Shown one piece after another: positions 40,905-50,601 of a DNA stretch of 64,000 bases. Every line of letters starts with the position of its first letter. The first letter of the stretch is position 1. Made by a program: the position numbers and the translations under genes. The notes under the pieces were generated by a model. That model ran no database searches, had not been told where the DNA came from, and saw only the letters and a list, made by a program, of their open reading frames with translations. The stretch is taken from assembly GCA_045106455.1 (NCBI GenBank), contig JBGCEL010000004.1:6434-70433 (forward strand). The letters are read 5' to 3'. Origin of the DNA: Gammaproteobacteria bacterium. Lineage in GTDB: Bacteria; Pseudomonadota; Gammaproteobacteria; Steroidobacterales; JBCCMA01.

Positions 40905-42559
40905 TTCGCGGGCGCGCGCCACACAATTTTCGCCGCACCGAGGTTTGAGAGCTGGGCCGCGTAACGCTCTTCCAGCTGATCGCGTTTAATTTTCATCGTG
41001 GGCGTCAATAGTTTGTTTTCGATGGTCCACTCGTCGGCCGCCACCACCAGATGCGACAGGCGCTCGTGTGATTCGAGTGTGCCGTTTACAATCTCCAGAA
41101 GCTCCAGCAGGTGCTCGTCCATGGCCTCTCTTGGACGCTCATGCGCGGTCGCTGAGAGCACCAGCACAGCGACGGCTGCGGGCAGCCCGGCGCCCATCAC
41201 ACAGACCTGCTCCACCAACGGATCCCCGGCCAGCTTGCCTTCAATCGGCACCGGCGCGACGTATTTGCCTTTCGCCGACTTGAACTGATCCTTCACCCGT
41301 CCAGTGATACGAAACGCCTCCACGGATTCATCCCACTCGCCCTTGTCGCCGGTGCGAAAAAAGCCATCGTCGGTAAAGACCTCTGCCGTGAGTTCCGGCA
41401 AGTTGTAATACTCAGTCATAACGGCCGGCGAGCGAATCAGAATTTCACCGTTGTCGGAGACCTTCATTTCGGTACCCGACAGCGGCTGACCGATCGTGCC
41501 GAGTCGCTTTTCCTCAAACGGTAAGTTGGTGCAGGAAAGTCCACAGGTCTCACTCATGCCCCAGCCTTCACTGATCGCAATGCCAAGGCGCAAATACCAG
41601 CGCAGAGTGCGTGGCGAGACCGGCGCACTGCCACACCCAAAACGGCGGCAGTCGGCGAAACCCAGCTTGTCGCGCACGCGGCGCGCCACCATCGGTCCGA
41701 TGACGGGCAGGGAAAGCAAAAACTTGAGTTTCTTCGGCGCCATCGACTGATGCACACCCGACTGAAACTTCACCCACAATCGCGGCACGGAGATAAACAT
41801 CGTAACGCGGCCGCGCTTCAGGTCCTCAACAAACGTCTCGAGGCGATCGAGAAAATAGATGGGCGTGCCGGCAAAAAGACACGGTCCAACGGATGCCGTG
41901 CGTTCGGTCACGTGAGCCAACGGAAGATAAGACATGATGCGATCGTCCGCGCTCAAGCCATAGCGAGTGACGCAGGCCGTGCATGCATATTCATAGGCGC
42001 GGTAGCTCAAGACGACGCCTTTGGGCTGACCGGTGCTGCCGGACGTGTACAGGATGGTCATCACATCGTCTGCAGCCGGCGACTTTACTGGCGCATGGGG
42101 CTCGCTCGCATCAATGAGTGCCTGCATCGTGTCCGTGCAACGCACCCCCGGATAACGCATTCCGATCACACGAACGCCGTCCGGCACGCAAGATTCGATA
42201 ATGGCAGGTTTATCCAGCCGCCCAACGATCACCGCCAGCGCGCCACTGTGGGTCAATACATAACCGATGGTATCTGGTCCGGCCGTTGGATAAATCGGCA
42301 CAGAGATAAGACCGGCCATGGCAATCGCGGCATCGGCGATTACCCACTCGGCACAGTTTTTCGACAAGATCGCCACGCGGTCGCCGGCAACCAGTCCACT
42401 GTCCAGCAAACCCTGTGCAAAACGCGCGGTATCGTCAAAGGCCTGCGCAAATGTCCATTCCCGCACGTCGCCATCCAGCGGCTGGGTTAGAAAAACACGC
42501 TCGGGCGTGTCGCTGGCCCACTGCGCCAACTGCTCATAAGAGGTCTTTACTTGGGCCAC
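40901..42559 (-). CDS. AMP-dependent acyl-CoA synthetase (long-chain fatty acid-CoA ligase-like)
   Basis: AMP-binding motif ILYTSGSTGQPKGV, plus GWGMSET, FRTGDKGEWD and the C-terminal lid PTMKIKR. Confidence 0.85.
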   Translation of the reverse strand: MAQVKTSYEQLAQWASDTPERVFLTQPLDGDVREWTFAQAFDDTARFAQGLLDSGLVAGDRVAILSKNCAEWVIADAAIAMAGLISVPIYPTAGPDTIGYVLTHSGALAVIVGRLDKPAIIESCVPDGVRVIGMRYPGVRCTDTMQALIDASEPHAPVKSPAADDVMTILYTSGSTGQPKGVVLSYRAYEYACTACVTRYGLSADDRIMSYLPLAHVTERTASVGPCLFAGTPIYFLDRLETFVEDLKRGRVTMFISVPRLWVKFQSGVHQSMAPKKLKFLLSLPVIGPMVARRVRDKLGFADCRRFGCGSAPVSPRTLRWYLRLGIAISEGWGMSETCGLSCTNLPFEEKRLGTIGQPLSGTEMKVSDNGEILIRSPAVMTEYYNLPELTAEVFTDDGFFRTGDKGEWDESVEAFRITGRVKDQFKSAKGKYVAPVPIEGKLAGDPLVEQVCVMGAGLPAAVAVLVLSATAHERPREAMDEHLLELLEIVNGTLESHERLSHLVVAADEWTIENKLLTPTMKIKRDQLEERYAAQLSNLGAAKIVWRAPAN

Positions 42560-42633
42560 GGCGTTTTCCTTAGGTTGTCGACGTCACGACTATAGCCAAG
42601 CCGTCGCATGGCCGCACACTTGCACTGCACCAT

Positions 42634-42663
42634 AAAAAAACCCCGCCTCAGGGGCGGGGTTTG
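42634..42663 (-). terminator. rho-independent terminator of aceA
   Basis: On the minus strand: aaccccgcc-cctga-ggcggggtt followed by TTTTTTT (stem 42641-42647 / 42653-42659; A-run 42634-42640 on the plus strand). It sits about 30 nt after the aceA stop. Confidence 0.8.
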
Positions 42664-42691
42664 CCTTTCGCCTGAAAGCGCCCGCGAGCGA

Positions 42692-44287
42692 CTAGCCGAA
42701 CTGATTCATCGTGTTTGCTTCTCCGGAGGCTTTGAGCGCCGCGTCGCCTGAGAAGTATTCCTTGTGGTCATCGCCGATGTCAGAGCCCGACATGTTTTGA
42801 TGTTTCACACACGCGATGCCCTCGCGGATTTCTTTGCGTTGCACGCCGGCCACGTAACCCAGCATGCCCTGCTCGCCAAAGTACTCGCGCGCCAGCTCGT
42901 CGGTGGACAGTGCCGCCGTGTGGTAGGTGGGCAGCGTGATGAGATGATGGAAAATACCGGCCTCACGCGCGGCGTCGGCCTGGAACGTGCGAATTTTTTC
43001 ATCCGCTTCCACGGCCAATTCGCTGGTGTCGTAATCGGCACTCATCAGCTGCGCCCGATCGTAGGCTGAGGTGTCTTTGCCCTGCTCGGCCCAGGCATCA
43101 AACACCTGCTGGCGGAAGTTGAGCGTCCAGTTGAACGACGGGCTGTTGTTGTACACAAGCTTCGCGCTCGGCACCACAGCGCGAATCCGGCTAAGCATGC
43201 CGCCGATCTGACCGATGTGAGGCTTCTCGGTTTCGATCCACAGCAAATCGGCGCCATTTTGCAATGACGTGATGCAATCGAGAATGACACGATCTTCACC
43301 GGTGCCGCTGCGGAACTGAAATAAATTACTTGGCAAGCGCTTTGGTCGCACGATTTTGCCGTCCTGCTTAATCAGCACATCGCCGTTGTTGAGTTGGTCC
43401 AGCGACAGCTCTTCCACGTCGAGAAACGCATTGTACTGATCGCCCAAATCGCCGGGCTTCTCGCTGACCGCAATTTGTTTGGTAAGTCCGGCACCCAGCG
43501 AGTCTGTACGTGCGACGATGACGCCGTCATCCACGCCGAGCTCAAGAAACGCGTAGCGCACGGCGCGAATTTTGGCCAGAAAATCCTCGTGCGGTACCGT
43601 GACCTTGCCATCTTGATGGCCACACTGCTTTTCATCCGACACCTGATTCTCAATTTGAATGCAGCATGCACCCGCCTCGATCATTTTCTTGGCCAGCAGA
43701 TACGTGGCCTCCGCGTTGCCGAATCCCGCATCGATATCGGCGATAATCGGCACGATGTGCGTCTGATGGCCGTCAATCTCTTTCTTGATGGCCTGCGTCG
43801 CCACGTCATCGCCGCCACCGCGCGCCTCATCGAGACGTCGAAACAAGCCGCCAAGTTCACGCGCGTCGGCCTGTCGCAAGAACGTGTAGAGCTCCTCAAT
43901 CAACGCGGGCACGGACGTTTTCTCGTGCATTGACTGATCCGGGAGCGGTCCGAACTCGGAACGCAGAGCTGCGATCATCCAGCCTGACAGATACAGGTAG
44001 CGACCTTTGGTTTCACCGAAGTGCTTCTTGATCGAGATCATCTTTTGCTGCCCGATAAACCCGTGCCAGCAGCCGAGCGACTGCGTGTAGGCGGACGTAT
44101 CGGCGTCGTAGCGCGCCATGTCGTCTCGCATAATCGTTGCCGTGTACTTGGCAATGTCCAGACCGGTTTGAAAGCGATTCTGCGCTTTCATACGCGCGAC
44201 GTTTTCCGGATCAATGGCATCCCAGGCGGTGCCATGGCTGGTGACAGTTTTCGCCGCTGCGTCAATATCGCTGTGGTACTTTGACAC
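42692..44287 (-). CDS. aceA: isocitrate lyase (long, Pseudomonas-type, 531 aa)
   Basis: Strong family match: QNRFQTGLDIAKYTATIMRDDMARYDADTSAYTQSLGCWHGFIGQQKMISIKKHF and active-site region QVSDEKQCGHQDGKVTVPHEDF. The start is most likely GTG 44287 (GGAGAA 6 nt upstream), giving MSKYHSDID.... The track's TTG 44299 adds 4 residues. Confidence 0.93.
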   Translation of the reverse strand: MSKYHSDIDAAAKTVTSHGTAWDAIDPENVARMKAQNRFQTGLDIAKYTATIMRDDMARYDADTSAYTQSLGCWHGFIGQQKMISIKKHFGETKGRYLYLSGWMIAALRSEFGPLPDQSMHEKTSVPALIEELYTFLRQADARELGGLFRRLDEARGGGDDVATQAIKKEIDGHQTHIVPIIADIDAGFGNAEATYLLAKKMIEAGACCIQIENQVSDEKQCGHQDGKVTVPHEDFLAKIRAVRYAFLELGVDDGVIVARTDSLGAGLTKQIAVSEKPGDLGDQYNAFLDVEELSLDQLNNGDVLIKQDGKIVRPKRLPSNLFQFRSGTGEDRVILDCITSLQNGADLLWIETEKPHIGQIGGMLSRIRAVVPSAKLVYNNSPSFNWTLNFRQQVFDAWAEQGKDTSAYDRAQLMSADYDTSELAVEADEKIRTFQADAAREAGIFHHLITLPTYHTAALSTDELAREYFGEQGMLGYVAGVQRKEIREGIACVKHQNMSGSDIGDDHKEYFSGDAALKASGEANTMNQFG

Positions 44288-44352
44288 GGTCTTCTCCAAG
44301 TAAGTGGTACAACGCCCATACTAAAGAGTATTGCCGCAGTGCATTCAAATAA

Positions 44353-44577
44353 AAATTTCACAACGTGAACTTTACAGTGAAATTTCACAATCAATGTAAA
44401 AAGAGAGATAAATCTGTTTTATATCAAGGCTTTCCCGTTGCTTTCTTGAGAAGAAAAATTTAGTCCGTCGTCTTCAGTATCGCTATTTCGTGACCAAAAA
44501 TCCTTTTAAGCCGTGCATCCATGGCCTATTGTCAAAATGAATTTTTACATTAATATTTACACAACGTAAATTTCACA
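44353..44577. promoter_or_regulatory. aceA / regulator divergent control region with repeated AAATTTCACA motifs and palindromes
   Basis: AT-rich 300-bp intergenic region. The 10-mer AAATTTCACA occurs three times (44353-44362, 44380-44389, 44568-44577). TTCAC-N3-GTGAA lies at 44357-44369. A perfect 12-bp palindrome GTGAAATTTCAC lies at 44377-44388. CACAACGT is repeated at 44359 and 44560. Confidence 0.45.
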
Positions 44578-44589
44578 GGCAGTACTCGC

Positions 44590-46161
44590 ATGGACCGATC
44601 GTCCGGGCTAAAACGCAAGGCTCACTTCCTGGGCACCAAAATCCGTTCTCTGCGCAAGCGCAATCAGCTTACGCTCGACGATCTGTCGGTTCGCTGCATT
44701 CAGATTGATTCCCAAGCCGCCCCGTCGGTCTCGTATTTGTCCATGATTGAAAATGGCAAACGCGTGCCCTCTGAACGCCTGCTGCAAATCATCGCCGACA
44801 TATTCCAAAAGGAAGTGAGCTGGTTTTACGACGAGACGCTTGATGATGACGCGATCGATCCTGTGCCCCGGCGCTCGGCCGTTGCCGGCCTCGCGCTCGA
44901 GCCGGGCTTTCTCTTCCAGGAGCAGCTTTTGCAATTGGCGATTCCTGAACTGCTGGCCCAAACCGGCACTACCGGTCGACAGTTTGCCCATCTCCTCATC
45001 CGCGCTCATCAGGAGTCGTCGCAAAACCGTTTTCCAGATATCGAGCGCGCCGCGGAACGCGTGGGCAAAAAGCGCTTCCCAATCCATTTCGAAGATGTGG
45101 AAAAAATCGCAACCGATCTGGGACTCACCCTTCGCTGGTTCGACAAGCCGCCGTTTCGCGACCGCGAGAACGACCAGGAACCGTTCAAGATGGTCGTACG
45201 CTCGTTTTATGACGCACCCAACACGGTCTATTTAAACAACGCCCTGCGCGATCAGCCCGAGCGCTTGAAATTTGATCTGGCCAATCACATCGCGCACAAA
45301 GTGCTACACGGTGGCGACGGCGCTCGCACACCTCAGGTTTCGGGCAGCGGTGCGGCGGATCGACGTCATGACGGCGACAGCGGCAACATCGATGCGCAAG
45401 ATATCTTGTACGCGTGGCGTGATTTCGAGTGCAGCTATTTTGCCGCTGCGCTGCTCGCGCCGAAGACCCCATTTCGCCAGTATCTGGCCAAACACGCCTA
45501 CGCCATCGACTGCGGCGAACGCGTCGGTTTGACCAAGGCCCTGGTCATGCGTCGCATGCCGAGCGTGAGCCCCTATCCCCACTGGCATTTTTTCGATGCC
45601 TACCCGCCCGGAGACCTGCGTGCGGTCTATCGTGGCAACGGCATCCCACTGCCATGGGGAAACATGACCATGGTCACAGACCCCTGTCAGCATTGGGCCG
45701 TGTTTCGCATGTTCGACACGCGCTCACGTAAGCCCACAGCTCAGATTTCCGTGCTGCGCAGCGGCGATGACAAACGCCTTTACACCTGCCAGTCCGTGCG
45801 CAGCAAAGACGCCGCCGGCAACACACACGTCCTATGTGCGGGCGTAGATTTGGCACCGGCATTGCGCGCTCAGAACATCGAGCCTCGCGACATTATTGAT
45901 GCGATCGAAACCAGCTGTAACGCGGGCGGTGGCAGCGGTGACATTCCCGCTGCCGTGCGCACGCAACTGCAGAGTGTGGGCCGAATATTGAACATTGGCT
46001 GGATCGCAGAAGGCTGTCGCAAGCCCGCCACCATTATTTGCCCGCGCAGCTCATCGTGCCCGCGTGAAAAAAACTGTTTGGGGAAACGTCAGCCTAAACA
46101 GCCATCACCGATCGATCAGCTGCGGGAGGAACTCACTGGCGGTCCGGCACAATGTGACTGA
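44590..46161 (+). CDS. XRE-HTH / ImmA-IrrE-like / DUF2083 regulator (ScfR/RamB/PrpR-type short-chain acyl-CoA responsive regulator)
   Basis: N-terminal HTH (LGTKIRSLRKRNQLTLDDLSVRC...SYLSMIENGKRVPS). Large C-terminal domain with conserved Cys residues. Divergently paired with aceA, as for RamB-icl pairs. Confidence 0.75.
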   Translation: MDRSSGLKRKAHFLGTKIRSLRKRNQLTLDDLSVRCIQIDSQAAPSVSYLSMIENGKRVPSERLLQIIADIFQKEVSWFYDETLDDDAIDPVPRRSAVAGLALEPGFLFQEQLLQLAIPELLAQTGTTGRQFAHLLIRAHQESSQNRFPDIERAAERVGKKRFPIHFEDVEKIATDLGLTLRWFDKPPFRDRENDQEPFKMVVRSFYDAPNTVYLNNALRDQPERLKFDLANHIAHKVLHGGDGARTPQVSGSGAADRRHDGDSGNIDAQDILYAWRDFECSYFAAALLAPKTPFRQYLAKHAYAIDCGERVGLTKALVMRRMPSVSPYPHWHFFDAYPPGDLRAVYRGNGIPLPWGNMTMVTDPCQHWAVFRMFDTRSRKPTAQISVLRSGDDKRLYTCQSVRSKDAAGNTHVLCAGVDLAPALRAQNIEPRDIIDAIETSCNAGGGSGDIPAAVRTQLQSVGRILNIGWIAEGCRKPATIICPRSSSCPREKNCLGKRQPKQPSPIDQLREELTGGPAQCD

Positions 46162-46194
46162 AACCGCCTGAGCGCTTAAGGACATAACCCGCGC

Positions 46195-46638
46195 TTAGTG
46201 ACTACTGCGTAGTTTCTGCACCGCGGATTCAACTTTGGCTCGAATCTCATCCGGCGCGGTTTTGCCTTTCACAATGAAATCTTTCACGAACTGCTTGTCG
46301 AACGCGCGAATCTGATCTTCACGCCGTTGCGACGAACTAAACATCATAATGACGCAAGTAAGATAGGCCGCTTGGGACGCGCGCATGTCTTCGAACGAAT
46401 CGAGGAACTCGAAACCGTTCACGAGCGGCATGTTAATGTCGAGAAAAATGATGAGCGGCGGAATTTTCTCGCCGTGGTCGTGACTGTTCTGTTCGTAGTT
46501 GCCAAGAAAATCCAGCGCCTCCTGTCCGTCGCTGGCCTCAAACGCCTCGAAGGACAATCCGGCAGAGCGAAGCTTCCGGATCAAGATATACCGATCGGCT
46601 TCCTCATCGTCCACAACCATGATCGAGAACTCATTCAC
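46195..46638 (-). CDS. single-domain CheY-like response regulator
   Basis: IMVVDDEEADRYIL...IIFLDINMPLVNGFEFL receiver motifs. GTGA overlap with the upstream kinase gene. Confidence 0.85.
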   Translation of the reverse strand: MNEFSIMVVDDEEADRYILIRKLRSAGLSFEAFEASDGQEALDFLGNYEQNSHDHGEKIPPLIIFLDINMPLVNGFEFLDSFEDMRASQAAYLTCVIMMFSSSQRREDQIRAFDKQFVKDFIVKGKTAPDEIRAKVESAVQKLRSSH

Positions 46639-47771
46639 GACACATTCTCCTGCGAAGTTAGCGTAACGGTCATGGTGGTGCCTTCATTCGACGTCTGCAT
46701 CGCGACCTCACCACCCATCGCCATCGCGTTTTGTCTCACCATGTAGAGCCCAATGCCGGAACCTGACAGGTCGCGTCCGTGATAGCGACTAAAAAGATCG
46801 AACACGGCGTCGCCGCCATTGCCTGGAATACCCAGACCGTTATCCGACACGACAATCATTACTCCGTCGTCGTCGTCCGTCACTCGAATTTCTGCATTGC
46901 ACCGGGGTTTCGCCGCGTTAAAAAACTTCACGGCGTTAGACAAAAGATTGGTCAGTATCTGCTGAACCAAAACTCGCGGGAGTTTGTGCGGGCGAGTTTG
47001 ACGCACGTCTTTGGCGATGAAGACATTGTTTTGCGTAATCAAAAAATCGTGGCTGGACACCACCTCATCCACCATTTTTTCCAAATCGATCGACTCGGGT
47101 GGGTGTTCCTCGATACCACTCCTGGCAATGTCTAATAGATCAAGAACAAATTGCTCCAGTGACGAAGTTTGTTCGATGATGATCTTCGCGTTGCGCTTAG
47201 CCTCCAACAAATTACCGCTATTGATATCCTCAAGCATAAATTCCGCCAACCCGCGGATGGTGGTCAGCGGCGACTTGAGATCGTGGGACGTACGATAGGA
47301 AAACTGCAGCAATTCGTCATTGCTCCGCTCCAGGTTTCTAGTGCTGGTGCGCAAACGTTCGCGGTCTTGCCACTCACGCGTAATATCCTGCGTCGCACCA
47401 AGCACTTTAACGACGTTGCCGGCTGCGTCCGTGTGTACGCGTCCGAGCGCACGCACATGGCGCACGTCGCCGTCACACTCACGCACGATGCGATGTTCAA
47501 TGTCGTAGGAGACGTGGGTTTCAAGGGTATTCGCGAGCGCCGCATTGATCATCTGGGCATCATCAGGGTGAGCCAGTGGCATGAGTTCGGCCATCGTCAG
47601 GGCGCGTCCGTCCGTGCCATGAATAACGTGCCAATGGTCGGAAAATGACCAACGGTCACGCGCTACGTCCCACGCCCAGGAACCCACGTTGGACAGCGTC
47701 TCCGCCTCACTGAGCAGCGCATGGGCCTCACGCGCGTCGCGCAGATCCAGTGTTGGGTTCTTGGTGCTCAA
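46635..47771 (-). CDS. cytoplasmic PAS sensor histidine kinase
   Basis: PAS region (SNVGSWAWDVARDRWSFSDHWHVIHG). H-box FSYRTSHDLKSPLTTIRG. N/G boxes LLSNAVKF, DNGLGI and GSGIGL. Confidence 0.85.
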   Translation of the reverse strand: MSTKNPTLDLRDAREAHALLSEAETLSNVGSWAWDVARDRWSFSDHWHVIHGTDGRALTMAELMPLAHPDDAQMINAALANTLETHVSYDIEHRIVRECDGDVRHVRALGRVHTDAAGNVVKVLGATQDITREWQDRERLRTSTRNLERSNDELLQFSYRTSHDLKSPLTTIRGLAEFMLEDINSGNLLEAKRNAKIIIEQTSSLEQFVLDLLDIARSGIEEHPPESIDLEKMVDEVVSSHDFLITQNNVFIAKDVRQTRPHKLPRVLVQQILTNLLSNAVKFFNAAKPRCNAEIRVTDDDDGVMIVVSDNGLGIPGNGGDAVFDLFSRYHGRDLSGSGIGLYMVRQNAMAMGGEVAMQTSNEGTTMTVTLTSQENVS

Positions 47772-47949
47772 TGGCTAAACAAATCGTCCCTGCGTTGTCA
47801 GCAGACGGCATTCTAACGCCCGCGGTCGTGCATTGGAAATCAGAGAACTGCCTACGCGACCGGGATTATTCACCGCCACCATCTCATGCGACTATGTAAA
47901 GACTGTGCTGCTTGGAGATGCGACTATTTCGCGTACACGAAAAAACACC

Positions 47950-48882
47950 GTGCGATTCGCGCTCGCACTTGTTGCGGTCACGCTGGTCGGCTGCGCAACG
48001 TCATTGCATCCGCAACAGGCGCTGGTCACCGATACGTTCACGCGCGATCAGTACGGTCGTTTTTTGCTAAACGTCTCGGTCAATGGTCGCACCGCGCGAC
48101 CGTTTGTGGTGGATTCCGCCGCCAGCATCTCGGCGGTGTTTGAATCGGCACGCGATTCGCTGAAACTAAAACCCATGGGATTGACCACCATCGTGCATGG
48201 CATCGCGGCCAGCCGCGAGCGTGGCATTTACGCGGTGCGTAAGGCCGAGTTTGCCGGCCACGCGCTCGACCTGCAGCGCGTGGTCGTACTACCTGATCCC
48301 GGCTCGCATGCAAATCTGCCCGTGCGACCCGCCGGCATTCTCGGTCAGGATGTACTCACGCGCTATCGCATTTTGTTTCAGCGCGATGGATCGGTCGTCG
48401 CCTTCTTTCCAGCCGCTGATGCACCCGCCCAAATTGTGGGCTGGGACGCACTGCCACTGATTCGCGGCACCACCAACAGAGCATCGCGTGCCGTATTTTT
48501 CCTACCCGTCGACATCGAAGGGCATAAGGCCAACGCCATTTTTGATCTTGGCTCGGGCAACAACGTGGTGAATTGGCAGGTGGCGCGCAGCGCGGGCTTG
48601 TCGGTGGGTGACTTCCCACGGCAACGTCAGAACGCGCTTGAGGGCATCCACGACAATACCGATGCGTTGCCGCGTTTTGTTGCGGGCGATATCCGAACGC
48701 AGGATACGGTGTGGTACGAGGAAGTGTTTGTTATTGCAGACCTGCCAATTTTTGCCACGCTGGGCCTTTCCGGGCAACCCGCCGCACTGCTCGGGGCCCG
48801 CCTGTTTTCACAGCGCGATTTCGTGCTCGATCTGCAGCGCGAGCGCATATTGCTTAAATCGCATGAGGAAGACCGCCGCTAG
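47950..48882 (+). CDS. retropepsin-like (clan AA) aspartic protease lipoprotein, two-lobed
   Basis: GTG 47950 gives MRFALALVAVTLVGC (lipobox); the start is uncertain (track TTG 47833; GTG 47905 also in frame). There are two pepsin-lobe-like halves, with VVDSAASISAV and IFDLGSGNNVV (D-[ST]-[AG]-type motifs). Confidence 0.55.
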   Translation: MRFALALVAVTLVGCATSLHPQQALVTDTFTRDQYGRFLLNVSVNGRTARPFVVDSAASISAVFESARDSLKLKPMGLTTIVHGIAASRERGIYAVRKAEFAGHALDLQRVVVLPDPGSHANLPVRPAGILGQDVLTRYRILFQRDGSVVAFFPAADAPAQIVGWDALPLIRGTTNRASRAVFFLPVDIEGHKANAIFDLGSGNNVVNWQVARSAGLSVGDFPRQRQNALEGIHDNTDALPRFVAGDIRTQDTVWYEEVFVIADLPIFATLGLSGQPAALLGARLFSQRDFVLDLQRERILLKSHEEDRR

Positions 48883-49094
48883 ACCCAGCCCTGACGCCAC
48901 AGCGTCGCATCTTTGAGCTCGCGCCACGGCAGTGTTCGTTCCTTACCGCTGTGCACAGCTTCGAGACAGCAGCTAACGGGCTGTCCCGATTCATCATCCA
49001 GAATAGCCGTCACCATAAAATGTTTTTCCCGACGGACGGGCGTCACGGCCGTCCATTTGCTGTGCAGCAGTTTTTTGGGGCTCACCTGATTCAT
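48879..49094 (-). CDS. small Trp-rich conserved protein (TIGR02450-like)
   Basis: 71 aa. LLHSKWTAVTPVRREKHFMVT...LPWRELKDATLWRQGW matches my recollection of the Trp-rich family. It overlaps the convergent protease gene end by 4 nt. Confidence 0.6.
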   Translation of the reverse strand: MNQVSPKKLLHSKWTAVTPVRREKHFMVTAILDDESGQPVSCCLEAVHSGKERTLPWRELKDATLWRQGWV

Positions 49095-49157
49095 AACTGT
49101 TGGAAAACCTCGAAGCCGAAAACCGCAGCTTGTGCATGATCAGCAATTGTATACACT

Positions 49158-50582
49158 ATGTCTCGTATGAACACGTTAGTTATGCCAATCCGGGTCTTGT
49201 TCCTGTTTGCCACCGTGCTGATCTTAAGCGCCTGCGGCGGATCAGGCTCTGACGCGGGCACCACCAACCCGCCGGTCACACCGCCGCCAGCGACCGGAGG
49301 ACTTCCGACCGATGCGAGCCTGATGACGTCGGCGGACCCCAACGCCGGTCGCACCAATGATGACGCCACTCGCTGGTTTGATCAAAACGCCAAAGTGGTG
49401 CGCTCGCTGACCGCTGACCCCAATTTTACGGACCTCGACTTCCTCGCTTCTCTACTGCAAGACAAACGTCTGGTGATGCTTGGCGAAAGCAGTCACGGAG
49501 TGCGCGAATACTCTCAGGCCAAAGTCCGGCTAATTAAGTACCTGCATAAAGAACTTGGCTACAACGTACTGGCGTTTGAAGGCGGTATGTTCGACTGCGA
49601 GTTTGCGCAGGGCCTGATACAGCTCAATGCGGTTGAGCCGGCCATGGACAGCTGCCTGTTCGGTGTGTGGCAAACCGAAACCCTGCGCGAGCTATTCGCC
49701 TATGTTGCCTCAACGCGCAACTCGTCAACACCGCTGCGACTCACCGGGTTTGATGTGCAGGCCAGTGGCAATACGATTGCGCAGCGTCCCAACGCGCTGG
49801 GCGATCTCGTGGCACGGGTTTCGTTCAACTTTGCCGAGCAGGTGCGCCAGCAGGATGACAACTTCGTCAACCTCACACGCAACGCGCTCGCGGCCGCAAG
49901 CGCATCCGATCCGGCCATGGTGGCGCTGTCCAACGCGCTCACGCAAATTAGCAATGACTACGCGGCGCTCGCCGACTATCTCGATGCCAACATGAGTCTG
50001 ATTAGCGCCAACGACGCGGTGACAGAAACCGACGTGCGCATTGCGATCGCGTACGCCCGCAGCAGTCCCGACTACGCGACGCAAATCGCACGGCGCTTTA
50101 CCAGCGGACAGGGTAATGCAAGTCGCGACCGCGGCATGGCGGCCAACCTGATTGCGCTCGTTACACAAATTTATCCCGACGACAAAATCATTGGCTGGGC
50201 GCACAACGCGCACTTGCGCCACCAAGGTACGGGGTTTGTGCCCGACGGCAATATGGGCGCACTGACGCACAATGAACTCGCCGCACAGATGTACACAATA
50301 GGGCTGTACATGTACCGCGGTCAGCACACCTTTAATGACCGCACCGTGCAGGATGTTAGTGCCCCGCTCGACTTCAGCCTTGAAGCGATTTTCCACAGCA
50401 AGCGTCAGTCGTATTTGTTTTTGGATTTTGAGAATGCGTCCACCACCGACAGTGGCGCCGCGTGGCTTGATCAGGTGACACCCACCTGGGCCTGGGGCAG
50501 CTTTCAGGTGTCTATGCGCTTACGCGATGAGTATGACGGTGTGCTGATCATCGACAGTGTGAACCCGCCAATCTATCGATAA
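49158..50582 (+). CDS. erythromycin-esterase-family (Ere/ChaN-like) lipoprotein
   Basis: Lipobox LILSAC. Family motif VMLGESSHGVREYSQAKVRLIKYLHKELGYNVLAFEG and a later GWAHNAH. Confidence 0.7.
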   Translation: MSRMNTLVMPIRVLFLFATVLILSACGGSGSDAGTTNPPVTPPPATGGLPTDASLMTSADPNAGRTNDDATRWFDQNAKVVRSLTADPNFTDLDFLASLLQDKRLVMLGESSHGVREYSQAKVRLIKYLHKELGYNVLAFEGGMFDCEFAQGLIQLNAVEPAMDSCLFGVWQTETLRELFAYVASTRNSSTPLRLTGFDVQASGNTIAQRPNALGDLVARVSFNFAEQVRQQDDNFVNLTRNALAAASASDPAMVALSNALTQISNDYAALADYLDANMSLISANDAVTETDVRIAIAYARSSPDYATQIARRFTSGQGNASRDRGMAANLIALVTQIYPDDKIIGWAHNAHLRHQGTGFVPDGNMGALTHNELAAQMYTIGLYMYRGQHTFNDRTVQDVSAPLDFSLEAIFHSKRQSYLFLDFENASTTDSGAAWLDQVTPTWAWGSFQVSMRLRDEYDGVLIIDSVNPPIYR

Positions 50583-50601
50583 GCATCGAGCGCTCGCGCC
50601 G

